In this document: positions 50,230-59,582 of the stretch, one piece after another
How positions within the stretch are numbered: position 1 is the stretch's first letter
Layout: every line of letters begins with the position of its first letter
Virus genome (UHGV): UHGV-1421865
DNA length: 64,000 nt
Source: a virus
Strand: one strand, 5' to 3'
Notes under the pieces: model-generated
The model's database searches: none
What the model was told of the DNA's origin: nothing
What the model saw: the letters and a program-made list of their open reading frames with translations, nothing else
Position numbers and translations under genes: made by a program

Positions 50230-50478
50230 ATGAGAAAGCAAGTCGCTAACTTGACATATTCCGAATTATGTTCTTATATAGGACAGCATGTGCGAATGAC
50301 GAGCGATTGTGATATGTTTCCGAACTTCGATGTCACCGGTGAAATACAAAATATAACTATCCGTGACAACATAGAATACATTATAACAATAGCTGTCGAT
50401 ACACATACCTCCGTATACCATAAGAAGATAATACAAATAGGTTCTAATATGTCAAATTTAACAATCGAGCTAGAATAA
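50230..50478 (+). CDS. Hypothetical small protein.
   Basis: ATG at 50230, immediately after the ndk-like stop. Confidence 0.35.
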   Translation: MRKQVANLTYSELCSYIGQHVRMTSDCDMFPNFDVTGEIQNITIRDNIEYIITIAVDTHTSVYHKKIIQIGSNMSNLTIELE

Positions 50479-50492
50479 AATCTTTATAAACT

Positions 50493-51119
50493 ATGTTAAA
50501 GCATATCACTGAATTCTTAGATAATATAAACGAGTCGTCGTTAGATGCAAACAGTCTAAAATTATACGGTAGTTTATTAGAATCTTGGACCGCCGGCGCG
50601 AATAATACAGAAAAAGACAGCCTACAAGTCGACGTAAATAACATCGGCATCGCATCGGCACCGCCCTTAAAAGACAAAGACCTGTACGCCGATACAGTAA
50701 AGGATATTGTGACAACTAATTTTCAAGACGTCATCAAAGAGTCCAACAAGATGAAAATGACAGCGTCGAAACGCAAAGTTACCGGCTACTGGATACCTAT
50801 AACATACAATGCTGATCCGAATAACGAAAAGTCGTTGACACACATGATAGGACTTGTTCGTTTCGATACTTCTGGACTGTACATCGACTCTGTGATGCAC
50901 ATCTTAGGGATTTATATTAGTCCTGTTGTCAAAAACGATAAAGAGGTCTACAAGGCAATCCTTAGTCAGTTCGGAAAAGAATACCTTCAGAATTTTAAGA
51001 ACCTGTCGAAAACAGTGATGACGGGGCTTACTACGATAGATAATAACGACACACTGTACGATATGGGATTTGAAAAGAGCAAAGTAGGGCTACCTTTCGC
51101 AACTTATGTTATAAGATAA
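50493..51119 (+). CDS. Hypothetical protein, 208 aa.
   Basis: ORF with ATG start. Confidence 0.55.
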   Translation: MLKHITEFLDNINESSLDANSLKLYGSLLESWTAGANNTEKDSLQVDVNNIGIASAPPLKDKDLYADTVKDIVTTNFQDVIKESNKMKMTASKRKVTGYWIPITYNADPNNEKSLTHMIGLVRFDTSGLYIDSVMHILGIYISPVVKNDKEVYKAILSQFGKEYLQNFKNLSKTVMTGLTTIDNNDTLYDMGFEKSKVGLPFATYVIR

Positions 51120-51134
51120 ATATACTCGTATAAG

Positions 51135-52646
51135 ATGAGTCAACATGGCATAAACAGAGAACAGTGGGTAAAATTCTATTATACTAAAAACGAGCAACTA
51201 CCAGAACTGTTCGGACGGTATAATACCGGTGCGTTGATAGTTGTTGAAAAAACAGCCGAAAATAAGAAAGACAAGTTTTACGAACTGTACCGTGACGATA
51301 AGCTACTGAGTTCAGGTTACGGATTCCCAAATAAAGGATTAGTAGATACACTTACCGACATTGCCGTAAAGTACAATAAAGATACCACACAGATAAGAGA
51401 TAGTGTCAAGAAAATCAAAGATACGTTAGATCTTGAATATATAAAGAAGAATTCTAATTTAGAAGACGCGTACATCGTCGTAAACACCAACGGTAGCGAG
51501 ACTAAATTGAGTGTATCGAAACTACTCGACGTAGAAAATCCGTTTTTTGAAGATCTTGTTATAACATCGTGTACATACAATATCCGATACGGCTACGGCG
51601 ACGTCAACGACGGTCTTGATAAGAACATACAAGTGCCGATAACGTTAGTAAATAACAAGCCTGTGGACGATAACGTGTCACTAGATATTCCGATAGGGAC
51701 CTTTATAAAAGAGATCACTTGTTCGTTCAGCTATAACTTAAATGACACGCTGGGTATCGATAAAGGAAAATGTACGTTCAATCTACACACCAAAGACGGT
51801 ACACATCGACTCAAAGAAATACTACCGAATATCGACATCGACAGTAGTGACGTACGAACAGAAAATGTAAACATTACGTTGTTGCTTAATACAAATGCGT
51901 CGGAAGGTATCATGCCCTACATAACAGAACAAACTGTATTGTCCGATTTGAAATTCAAAGTTAAATATGGACCTCCCTCGACCAAGAAGCTACTGTACAG
52001 TAATCCACAAGTTTACGTAAAAGACAACTTTTATAGTCGTCCCGAGTCCTACATAGAGCTACCGAAGATAACCATTAAACCTAAACTATATTTTATATCA
52101 GTTGGTATCGACGAGAATAGCAATGAAATCCCACTCAACAAAGTGTCGTTAAAGAACGTCATAGAACTTAAAAGTCTGAACGAAGGTACCATCAAATGTG
52201 ATTATATTGTTAATAAGAAGAATGTGTTGCTGTTACCGAAAGGAATGACAGTGTCGAGAGCTTATCTGGTAGACAAAAAAACAGGTTATAAAGAGTCTAT
52301 ATCGTCTACTGTTAAGTATGTGACCGTGGGAGACGTTATAAAGGTAGTTCAAGTGCCGTTAATACCGTATACCGTTACCGACCAACGCGGTGTTACTGAT
52401 ATGAACTTGTATTTTATTACAGGACTATCGGGACTAACACAGTCTGACACGATGTCTATTGTATTAGACGTCGACTGCAGCGGTACTACAAATTATTTCC
52501 GTACAGACAGTACACCAGTGAACGTTGCTAATAATTTGACGATAGTAAATGGTACAGATGTATTAAAAACTGTTATAGACGAGTCGCACGAGAACTTGTA
52601 TTGGCACGGTGTAACAGATCTATCGACAATACATTTATATAAATAA
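51135..52646 (+). CDS. Hypothetical protein, 503 aa.
   Basis: ORF with ATG start. Confidence 0.6.
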   Translation: MSQHGINREQWVKFYYTKNEQLPELFGRYNTGALIVVEKTAENKKDKFYELYRDDKLLSSGYGFPNKGLVDTLTDIAVKYNKDTTQIRDSVKKIKDTLDLEYIKKNSNLEDAYIVVNTNGSETKLSVSKLLDVENPFFEDLVITSCTYNIRYGYGDVNDGLDKNIQVPITLVNNKPVDDNVSLDIPIGTFIKEITCSFSYNLNDTLGIDKGKCTFNLHTKDGTHRLKEILPNIDIDSSDVRTENVNITLLLNTNASEGIMPYITEQTVLSDLKFKVKYGPPSTKKLLYSNPQVYVKDNFYSRPESYIELPKITIKPKLYFISVGIDENSNEIPLNKVSLKNVIELKSLNEGTIKCDYIVNKKNVLLLPKGMTVSRAYLVDKKTGYKESISSTVKYVTVGDVIKVVQVPLIPYTVTDQRGVTDMNLYFITGLSGLTQSDTMSIVLDVDCSGTTNYFRTDSTPVNVANNLTIVNGTDVLKTVIDESHENLYWHGVTDLSTIHLYK

Positions 52647-52652
52647 AACAAC

Positions 52653-54101
52653 ATGCCTAACTTTATATCAAATAAAAGTCGTATTTTGTTTGTAACAGAC
52701 TCTACTACGCAGTATGTTACGACTACTTCTGGTACGACGCCGTCTATTTCAAAAGCGCATCCTAATGCAGTGTTCTTTACCAGTGATACGTACAACGGTG
52801 CTGTCCCATACAAGTCGGGAGATATTGTAAAGAACGGTGTTATTTATACTCGTGTCTTAGGTATCGCTAAGAGTGTCGTAGGTGAGGGGGCGAGTCGTAC
52901 TGTAACAGTCGCCGACGATACCAACACAGCAAAGGTCTATATCGGTAATAATAAAGAAATATCCCTCAAATTAACCGACAATAACGGTTCTTCAGGGTAT
53001 CTTTATATGCAACCGTCGCAGCGGTTCTACGAGTATATGGACGGATCGGAATTGAAAGGCGCCACGATAAAACTGTATATGTTAGACAATGGACACGAAA
53101 ACAAGCGAAACAGTATCACCTTGCGTTGTATTAACGTAGACAGTACAATACCTAATTATACCGATTTGAAGTCTGACCTTGTACAAACTGTGTATTCCAA
53201 CGACGGCGGGCAACATAAGGTAACGATGTCAATAAAACCGTTATCGGAGTCTGTTAAAAACACTATAAAAGAGAATTGGACAATCAAGGACATCCGATAT
53301 AAGCTGTGGAACGAGAAAGATATTACCATCCAACCTATACACAACTCTTATGTGTACTGTGGTAGCCGCTTACCGTCCGACGATAATAGAACAATAAAGC
53401 CGAAGTTAGAATTTATAAACGAGCCTACGAAATACCTCCGGACATACAATACCTTAGAAGACTTGATAGATAAAGTGTTTTATGTATCATACAACGACTA
53501 TATTGTACTACCCCAGGCATGGTACGACCAAGTAAAGATTTGTATGGCGAACTACCATTCTGAATACTTCGGACATATCACCAATAACAGTGCCGACTTA
53601 CTGTTGAATTCTTCTAAAGAAAACATTATACTAACAGACAGCATAGGAACAAAATATGTCGTGCTTCGTAGTCAGTCGATGAACGGATTTTCTTATATTA
53701 CATTCAAGAAAGGCAGACCTACCCCGGGTGTTGAAACACCTTCCACAAATGACGTATATACCAATAACGGTAATAGCTATGCCGATATTATTAGTTCGTC
53801 GGCGCGACCAAAACGTGTTGCCGCTATTAGAATTAAAAACAATGGCAAGTTGGTAGTAGGACCTGGAAAACGACTTGAAATCGGATATGAAATTGCACGT
53901 TATACGGGTTCTGTGGTTGATAACAGTACAAATCAATTTACTATCGACGAAATTCCGGGTATAAATATAACAAAAGATGCTACTAAGATTACAGTAGCTG
54001 TACCGACGGGAACACCGAATAAGACGATCTATTTACGACTTAAATTCCCAGGCTCGCCGTTTTCACAAGATATTCCTGTTATTATTGATTCAAACGCCTA
54101 A
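52653..54101 (+). CDS. Hypothetical protein, 482 aa.
   Basis: ORF with ATG start. Confidence 0.6.
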   Translation: MPNFISNKSRILFVTDSTTQYVTTTSGTTPSISKAHPNAVFFTSDTYNGAVPYKSGDIVKNGVIYTRVLGIAKSVVGEGASRTVTVADDTNTAKVYIGNNKEISLKLTDNNGSSGYLYMQPSQRFYEYMDGSELKGATIKLYMLDNGHENKRNSITLRCINVDSTIPNYTDLKSDLVQTVYSNDGGQHKVTMSIKPLSESVKNTIKENWTIKDIRYKLWNEKDITIQPIHNSYVYCGSRLPSDDNRTIKPKLEFINEPTKYLRTYNTLEDLIDKVFYVSYNDYIVLPQAWYDQVKICMANYHSEYFGHITNNSADLLLNSSKENIILTDSIGTKYVVLRSQSMNGFSYITFKKGRPTPGVETPSTNDVYTNNGNSYADIISSSARPKRVAAIRIKNNGKLVVGPGKRLEIGYEIARYTGSVVDNSTNQFTIDEIPGINITKDATKITVAVPTGTPNKTIYLRLKFPGSPFSQDIPVIIDSNA

Positions 54102-54109
54102 AATAATAA

Positions 54110-54152
54110 AGACCCGACTAGTTTAATAACCGGTCGGGTCTTATAATTTATT
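54110..54152. terminator. Bidirectional hairpin terminator between convergent genes.
   Basis: agacccgac..tagtttaataacc..ggtcgggtct, followed by tataatttattt. Confidence 0.6.
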
Positions 54153-54836
54153 TCAGTGTTTATACTTGTAAGAACGCCAGAACTTATGAATTTGTGTAAC
54201 GGTAGCCTTCGAAAAGTTACCTTCTGTGTACACCGCCGTAGCGAACAGTCTGGTCGGTATGACGTAGCTCTGCATTCTAAGTGATGGGACGTACATTTTA
54301 AGTCCGAATTCTATTGACTTGTTTATATTACAAATCGCTTCCAGTCTGTCTTGTGATATGATGGTGTACGGTTTATTAGACGCTTTATTAAAATACTTAT
54401 CGAACCACGGCTTGAATGTTTCGTACACTTTAATCAACATACGGGCTCGCGCGAAGGGAGGATAGTAATGTAAGTTAAATCCTAACTCTCGTATATTTCC
54501 GTCTCGTGTACGTATCATGCCGATAAATAATGTCAATGGGGTTCTGTCGTAGTACGGCAAATCTTCTTTGTGTTTCGGTTGTGTATAGTTAAACAGTACA
54601 AGCTGTCCGGGTAGTAAGTATTTCTTTGTCGGATGCAACTCCCGTTTTATATAGGCATAAGCCAGTTTCACTCGTACCGGTGTCGGCTTATTTAACAACG
54701 GACTGGAATTGATAGCATGCTCTAAGTCGAAGTTCTTGATCTCATCTGGACTATAAATATGTTTTACGTCCTGTTTGATGTCTCGAACTAGCCCCACAGT
54801 CTGTTCCGACTCGTTAATATGTCTATTATTTATCAT
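54153..54836 (-). CDS. Hypothetical protein, 227 aa.
   Basis: ORF with ATG start. Confidence 0.55.
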   Translation of the reverse strand: MINNRHINESEQTVGLVRDIKQDVKHIYSPDEIKNFDLEHAINSSPLLNKPTPVRVKLAYAYIKRELHPTKKYLLPGQLVLFNYTQPKHKEDLPYYDRTPLTLFIGMIRTRDGNIRELGFNLHYYPPFARARMLIKVYETFKPWFDKYFNKASNKPYTIISQDRLEAICNINKSIEFGLKMYVPSLRMQSYVIPTRLFATAVYTEGNFSKATVTQIHKFWRSYKYKH

Positions 54837-54877
54837 TCATTTCGGTCTGATTTTGTTGATTTTGTACAGTTTCTGTT

Positions 54878-55008
54878 TTGTGTACTGAGGTGTAAATATA
54901 TAACGTCCCCATAAAGGCACTTTTAAGGCTCTCTAACGCACTCAAATTAGTTGACCTTACCAACACCAAGGTCAAAGAAAAATCGTGCGTTAGAGTGGAG
55001 ATTTTACT
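54878..55008. repeat. Conserved intergenic structured palindromic element, copy 5 (minus form, extended).
   Basis: gtttctgttttgtgtactgaggtgtaaatatataacgtccccataaaggcacttttaaggctctctaacgcactcaaat..gaccttaccaacaccaaggtc..aaaaatcgtgcgttagag. Confidence 0.85.
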
Positions 55009-55014
55009 AAGTGC

Positions 55015-55371
55015 TTATTTAGTGTTGCCGTCGGTTGTATCGTCTTCGGTGTGTTTGTTTATATAAGTGCCGATTTCTTTCGACGCTAAATTGATAGCTT
55101 CCGATGTTTGTTTTGTATCAAGTTCTTTATAAGGAGGATCGGAATATGCCACAACACCGGGCTTCCCTACCCATAGGTACCATTTATTGTCTGTTTTACC
55201 TAATAGAAATTGGAATTCGTCGTTATAGGTGTATTCTATTTTCTGAAACTTTGAGTCATCATCCAATTCTGAGACTGTGTTACCTTGTTCGTCGTATATA
55301 TTAAAGACAACATCTCGTGTATTATCGGCTGCCGACTCTTGTAGTTTAATAAAAGAATATATTGATTTCAT
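55015..55371 (-). CDS. Hypothetical protein, 118 aa.
   Basis: ORF with ATG start. Confidence 0.5.
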   Translation of the reverse strand: MKSIYSFIKLQESAADNTRDVVFNIYDEQGNTVSELDDDSKFQKIEYTYNDEFQFLLGKTDNKWYLWVGKPGVVAYSDPPYKELDTKQTSEAINLASKEIGTYINKHTEDDTTDGNTK

Positions 55372-55372
55372 A

Positions 55373-57031
55373 TTATACGTTTCTTAGTTTGTCAACGAAG
55401 TCGAAAATACAAAGTTGGTCTGTACCTGAATTTTCCGCTTCTTGTTTATATTTGTTATAATACTCTACATTATGGTCTTGTGCCCACCCTAGCGGACTGG
55501 AGATGATTAGATTCGCACCGAAATCACCGTGACATTGTCGTTCTACGAGACCGTCGCGCAACGAAACATCTTCTGGACATCCAATCTCTTTCATTTTGTC
55601 GATAACAGCTTGGTGGCTATACCCTCGACCCCATGTGTTATAATAAAGTATATTGGTATATTTCTCTTTACAACGTTTTACGAAATGAATAAAAGCGTCT
55701 AAGCTATCTCCTTCGTGGTACAGCCGAACATAGCATCTTTCCGGAAACTTGTTTATAATATCCAACGCTGTTTCGACACTGAACTTGTACTTTCCCCAAC
55801 CGTGGTATGTATAACCGTCGTCGGTAGCCGTACCGTGTCGCCACGAACATTTCGGTCGTAAGTCGAAGTAGCGAACACCCATATCGTATTGCTCGTACAA
55901 GTTGATACGTTGACAGGTCGATTTCGACTCCAGCGCCTTTTGGAATATATTACCTGCAAACTTAGCGAAAGTACAACTGTTATGTGTACCGAAGATAACA
56001 CGTCCCGTAGGAATTTTCTTTATAATAGCATTTCTCATAATTACTACATTATTATACGATACTTTTAACGACACTGGTACATCTCTACCTTTTACTTGTT
56101 TTAGTACACGAACAGTGAGTTTATAATAGAAATTCGACAAGTCTTCTCTGGTAACTTCCAGGTATTCGTTGTCGTATTCTACATTGAAATCGGACGGTAC
56201 TGTCTTTTGCTCTGCACCTTGCTGTTGATATGCCTTAAATACAAGTTCTACTGTATTGTCTTTACTAAGTACCATAGGATTGTCCTTTATAAGCGACGTA
56301 TCTAATAAATGATATGTTATCGGAAGTTCCTTTCGTACGACACTGAGTCTTATTTCGTCACGCCCGATACGAATAACTCTATCTGACACATCACTACTCG
56401 TGCTGGTAAATTTCAGTCTGTATATGCACTCTTCTGTTAGCGTCGTTGTTTCGATTGTGAATTTAGACGTATCGTAATCTATATTCGGCAAATTCCAAAT
56501 CCGGGTACCATTTTCGTCCCGTACAGTACTCTTTATATCTATTATAACAAAACCGTCGGCGTCGATACTAGTCGGGCGATTAAGTATTTCTGTATTGTAG
56601 ACTATGCTTGTTAACACCGTATATTCTTTATTATAAATAATATCACCGTCAACATTAGTCACAACTAGATTATAAGTACCTGATTTGTACGGCATTATGT
56701 TGATTATTTTTTGAGATAAGTCTATTGTCGTTGTTTTGTCGCCGAAAGTAGCTGTTAAAGTGTCTGTACGGCCGTCTCTATCGGTACCTTTATAAGCCGT
56801 TATATTATAGCTAATTGTTGTTTGTTGTCCTACTCGCAGCACTACATTTTCAGTAACAGAAATAGATGATATTCGTTTCAGTACGACATGGTCTTGGGGC
56901 GCTACACTGTTTTGTTGTATATATTCTAGTATATAAGAACGAAATTTAGGATTGTCCATACAAGATCTTATAAAACGAGAAGATAACGTTTTTGCTTTTG
57001 CCAGCTTTATATAATACTCTTTTTCTGTCAT
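55373..57031 (-). CDS. Ig-like repeat protein with a C-terminal PI-PLC X-domain-like phosphodiesterase.
   Basis: C-terminal half has FGTHNSCTF...MGVRYFDLRP...H (compare PI-PLC X-box GTHDS / G.RY.D.R). N-terminal ~300 aa is beta-rich and repetitive. Confidence 0.6.
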   Translation of the reverse strand: MTEKEYYIKLAKAKTLSSRFIRSCMDNPKFRSYILEYIQQNSVAPQDHVVLKRISSISVTENVVLRVGQQTTISYNITAYKGTDRDGRTDTLTATFGDKTTTIDLSQKIINIMPYKSGTYNLVVTNVDGDIIYNKEYTVLTSIVYNTEILNRPTSIDADGFVIIDIKSTVRDENGTRIWNLPNIDYDTSKFTIETTTLTEECIYRLKFTSTSSDVSDRVIRIGRDEIRLSVVRKELPITYHLLDTSLIKDNPMVLSKDNTVELVFKAYQQQGAEQKTVPSDFNVEYDNEYLEVTREDLSNFYYKLTVRVLKQVKGRDVPVSLKVSYNNVVIMRNAIIKKIPTGRVIFGTHNSCTFAKFAGNIFQKALESKSTCQRINLYEQYDMGVRYFDLRPKCSWRHGTATDDGYTYHGWGKYKFSVETALDIINKFPERCYVRLYHEGDSLDAFIHFVKRCKEKYTNILYYNTWGRGYSHQAVIDKMKEIGCPEDVSLRDGLVERQCHGDFGANLIISSPLGWAQDHNVEYYNKYKQEAENSGTDQLCIFDFVDKLRNV

Positions 57032-57207
57032 TGTGTTTTTCTTTGTAGTTTTCCGTTCGCGACCAAATAGTCCAATATATATGATTTCATCTGTTCGAAC
57101 TCCGGACTGGAATAAAACTCGTCGCTGAGTGATTCAGCCTCATCTGCGATAAACGAGTATTCTACATCGCCGACTATTATAGATTCTATATATTCCTTCT
57201 CGTCCAT
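57031..57207 (-). CDS. Small acidic protein (58 aa, below the ORF-track cutoff).
   Basis: ATG at 57207 (MDEKEYIESIIVGDVEYSF..). Its stop overlaps the ATG of the 55373 gene (ATGA). Confidence 0.3.
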
Positions 57208-57285
57208 TTATACTTATATTGTATATAAATGATAATCCTTTCGTCTGCGTATTTACTATGTATACAAAACATTCAAAAACTTGCC

Positions 57286-57410
57286 CTCTAACGCACGATT
57301 TTTGTTGAGGCTTAGTAGTACCAAGGTAAGTGTATTTGAGTGCGTCAGAGAGCCTTAAAAGTGCCTTTATGGACGTGTCACGTATTTGTACGTCGGTGGG
57401 AAAAACACAA
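57286..57410. repeat. Conserved intergenic structured palindromic element, copy 6 (plus form).
   Basis: ctctaacgcacgatttttgttgaggcttagtagtaccaaggtaagtgtatttgagtgcgtcagagagccttaaaagtgcctttatggacgtg. Confidence 0.85.
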
Positions 57411-57617
57411 ACCGGTCAAAATCGACAAAATCAGGCATACTTTTATAGAAAGAATACCTGATTTGTACGTCACAGAACGATACATTGTACGATCTGTGTT
57501 CTATTCAACGGGATTGTTAGTACAGAACCGTCGGGCTGTACCTTCGAGACGTAGCCCTGTTTTTTAATAGTCGACAGTATATCGTCTGTTATGGGGTCTT
57601 TATTGATTCTAACACCG

Positions 57618-58559
57618 TTAGAGTAGATGTTCCAGTTCTTTGTTTGTGTATCCATGATTTTCTCCGAACAGTTTTATAACAAATGCGTTATTATACTGTG
57701 CCATCTCATCAAAGCCACTATCGAGACTAGTCTTTCCGTCCATAACACCGCTAATATCGACCAGGGCGCGTTCGTACATCGCTTTAATGACATCTTTGTC
57801 GTTGATGTCATTCAGCGTTTCTGCAATGGCCTTGACAGTACCCAGTCGACTTTTCGGTCTGTCGCCATTGACAATAGAATTTCTCTGTGCACTATAATTT
57901 ACTTCGACGCTATTGATAATAACAATCTTACGGGCTCGCATCAACCACTGTGGTATCGTCCGAACATCTTCAAACTCACGTTCTCTACTATACGGATAAC
58001 TCAGTACTATTTTTCGTGTATAGATTTTGTTCCATACATTGAATTTGATAGCATTCTCCTTATATAGCGAAATAAGTGCTTGTTTCGGGTTGTTTTCAAT
58101 ACCGAACGACTCTTTTACAACACTGTTCTTTAGTCTACCGCTCAAATCACGAACTCGAACGCCGTATTCGACAATATCAGCGTTGTTTTCTAGTATTGTG
58201 ATTACAGCCGCATGGACGAAATCGGCGTTGATATAGTAGTCGTCTGCATCTAAAAACATAAAGTAGTCACCGGTACCGGCGTCGATACCGACAGCACGAG
58301 CATATCCACAACCCATATTTTCCGACAGCTCTATACTTTTATATGCGATATGGGAATTATCCGGACGTTCCGAAATCAGCCGTTCTGCAACTGTCATCGA
58401 CGAATCGGTACTACCGTCGTTAACCAGGATAAATTCAATGTTGACGTCGTCTGTTCGCTGCTTTAGAATAGACTGAACTGCACGACCTATGGTTGTCTCG
58501 GCATTGTATACCGTCATTATAATAGACACTTTATGTCTTTGTACGTCCTGTTCGTTCAT
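57618..58559 (-). CDS. Family-2 glycosyltransferase.
   Basis: VSIIMTVYNAETTI..LVNDGSTDSS..FLDADD. Confidence 0.75.
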   Translation of the reverse strand: MNEQDVQRHKVSIIMTVYNAETTIGRAVQSILKQRTDDVNIEFILVNDGSTDSSMTVAERLISERPDNSHIAYKSIELSENMGCGYARAVGIDAGTGDYFMFLDADDYYINADFVHAAVITILENNADIVEYGVRVRDLSGRLKNSVVKESFGIENNPKQALISLYKENAIKFNVWNKIYTRKIVLSYPYSREREFEDVRTIPQWLMRARKIVIINSVEVNYSAQRNSIVNGDRPKSRLGTVKAIAETLNDINDKDVIKAMYERALVDISGVMDGKTSLDSGFDEMAQYNNAFVIKLFGENHGYTNKELEHLL

Positions 58560-59157
58560 ATTGTGGGTAGTTAAAGATTAAAATAGTAGTGTCGTCGATG
58601 CGATTTAGTACCGGGAATGTTAACGTAGACTTTGTAGATGCCTTCTTAACAGTGCCTTTGCCAGTAACGATAACAAAATCACCGGGTTGGACGCTACTGT
58701 CATCACAAAGTACGTAGCATTTACCTAAGATATTCACTTGTCGCCATTCCTGCCGTGTGCTACGAGGCATATATATGGCACTGTCATCGTAATCTGGGTG
58801 TTTAATAGGTGTGTATTCAACATCCTTTACGGTTGTCATAATCGTCATTTCCAGTACCGGGTCGTAGACTTTCTGACCGCGCAAGATGTCTTTTCGTTCC
58901 ATATACGGGTCCCCCATACCGTTTGCACACCATTTCAACGGGTGTTCTTCTGGGTCGTCGGAGACATATTCCCCGTTCATCGCTGTGAACCCTAAGAAGA
59001 AACCACCGGTATACGGTTCTATCTTACCGGGTTCTGTCTTCGACAGCTGTACCGGTGTACCGTAAGGGAGCGACCCTGTCAGATCGCTCCTTATCTCGTA
59101 CATCTCACAGACACCGAATTTATGAACAAAATCCTGATAGTCTATAATGTTTTTCAT
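58531..59157 (-). CDS. Hypothetical protein, 208 aa.
   Basis: ORF with ATG start; its 3' end overlaps the GT2 start by 29 nt. Confidence 0.5.
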   Translation of the reverse strand: MKNIIDYQDFVHKFGVCEMYEIRSDLTGSLPYGTPVQLSKTEPGKIEPYTGGFFLGFTAMNGEYVSDDPEEHPLKWCANGMGDPYMERKDILRGQKVYDPVLEMTIMTTVKDVEYTPIKHPDYDDSAIYMPRSTRQEWRQVNILGKCYVLCDDSSVQPGDFVIVTGKGTVKKASTKSTLTFPVLNRIDDTTILIFNYPQYERTGRTKT

Positions 59158-59160
59158 GTA

Positions 59161-59562
59161 TTATCCCAGTAGCTGTTTCTCTTCCTTGGTTCGTAGCATA
59201 TCGAGGGGCATATACTCCCAGTATGTCGTCATCATTTCCGAGAAGGCATTGTAATCGAAATCCTTAAAGACTTCCATTACCAACATCGGATTATTGTAAG
59301 CATTCTCCGCAGCGATGTCGATACCGTCCTGTACCAGTACATTGTGTTCGTCGGGGTGTTGTTTTGCCATACCGACATACAGTACGTACTTCGGCATTTG
59401 CCCGTCGATCTTATAAAGATTACCGACAAAGGTGACAGCCTGCTCTCTTCCGGTTTTGTAGTACTTGCGACCGGCAATAACTACCGGCTTCAATACTTCA
59501 CGGTTCTCTGTCAGAGATGTCCAGCTGAAGGACTTTACAAATTCTTTTGATACGTCGATCAT
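59161..59562 (-). CDS. Hypothetical protein, 133 aa.
   Basis: ORF with ATG start. Confidence 0.5.
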   Translation of the reverse strand: MIDVSKEFVKSFSWTSLTENREVLKPVVIAGRKYYKTGREQAVTFVGNLYKIDGQMPKYVLYVGMAKQHPDEHNVLVQDGIDIAAENAYNNPMLVMEVFKDFDYNAFSEMMTTYWEYMPLDMLRTKEEKQLLG

Positions 59563-59582
59563 TATAATTTATTATTAAAAAG

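Noticed and set aside
57470-57655. A 61-aa minus-strand ORF between the GT2 gene and repeat copy 6.
   Set aside because: It overlaps the GT2 3' end by 38 nt and has no recognisable features. It could be real, but it is not supportable from sequence alone.
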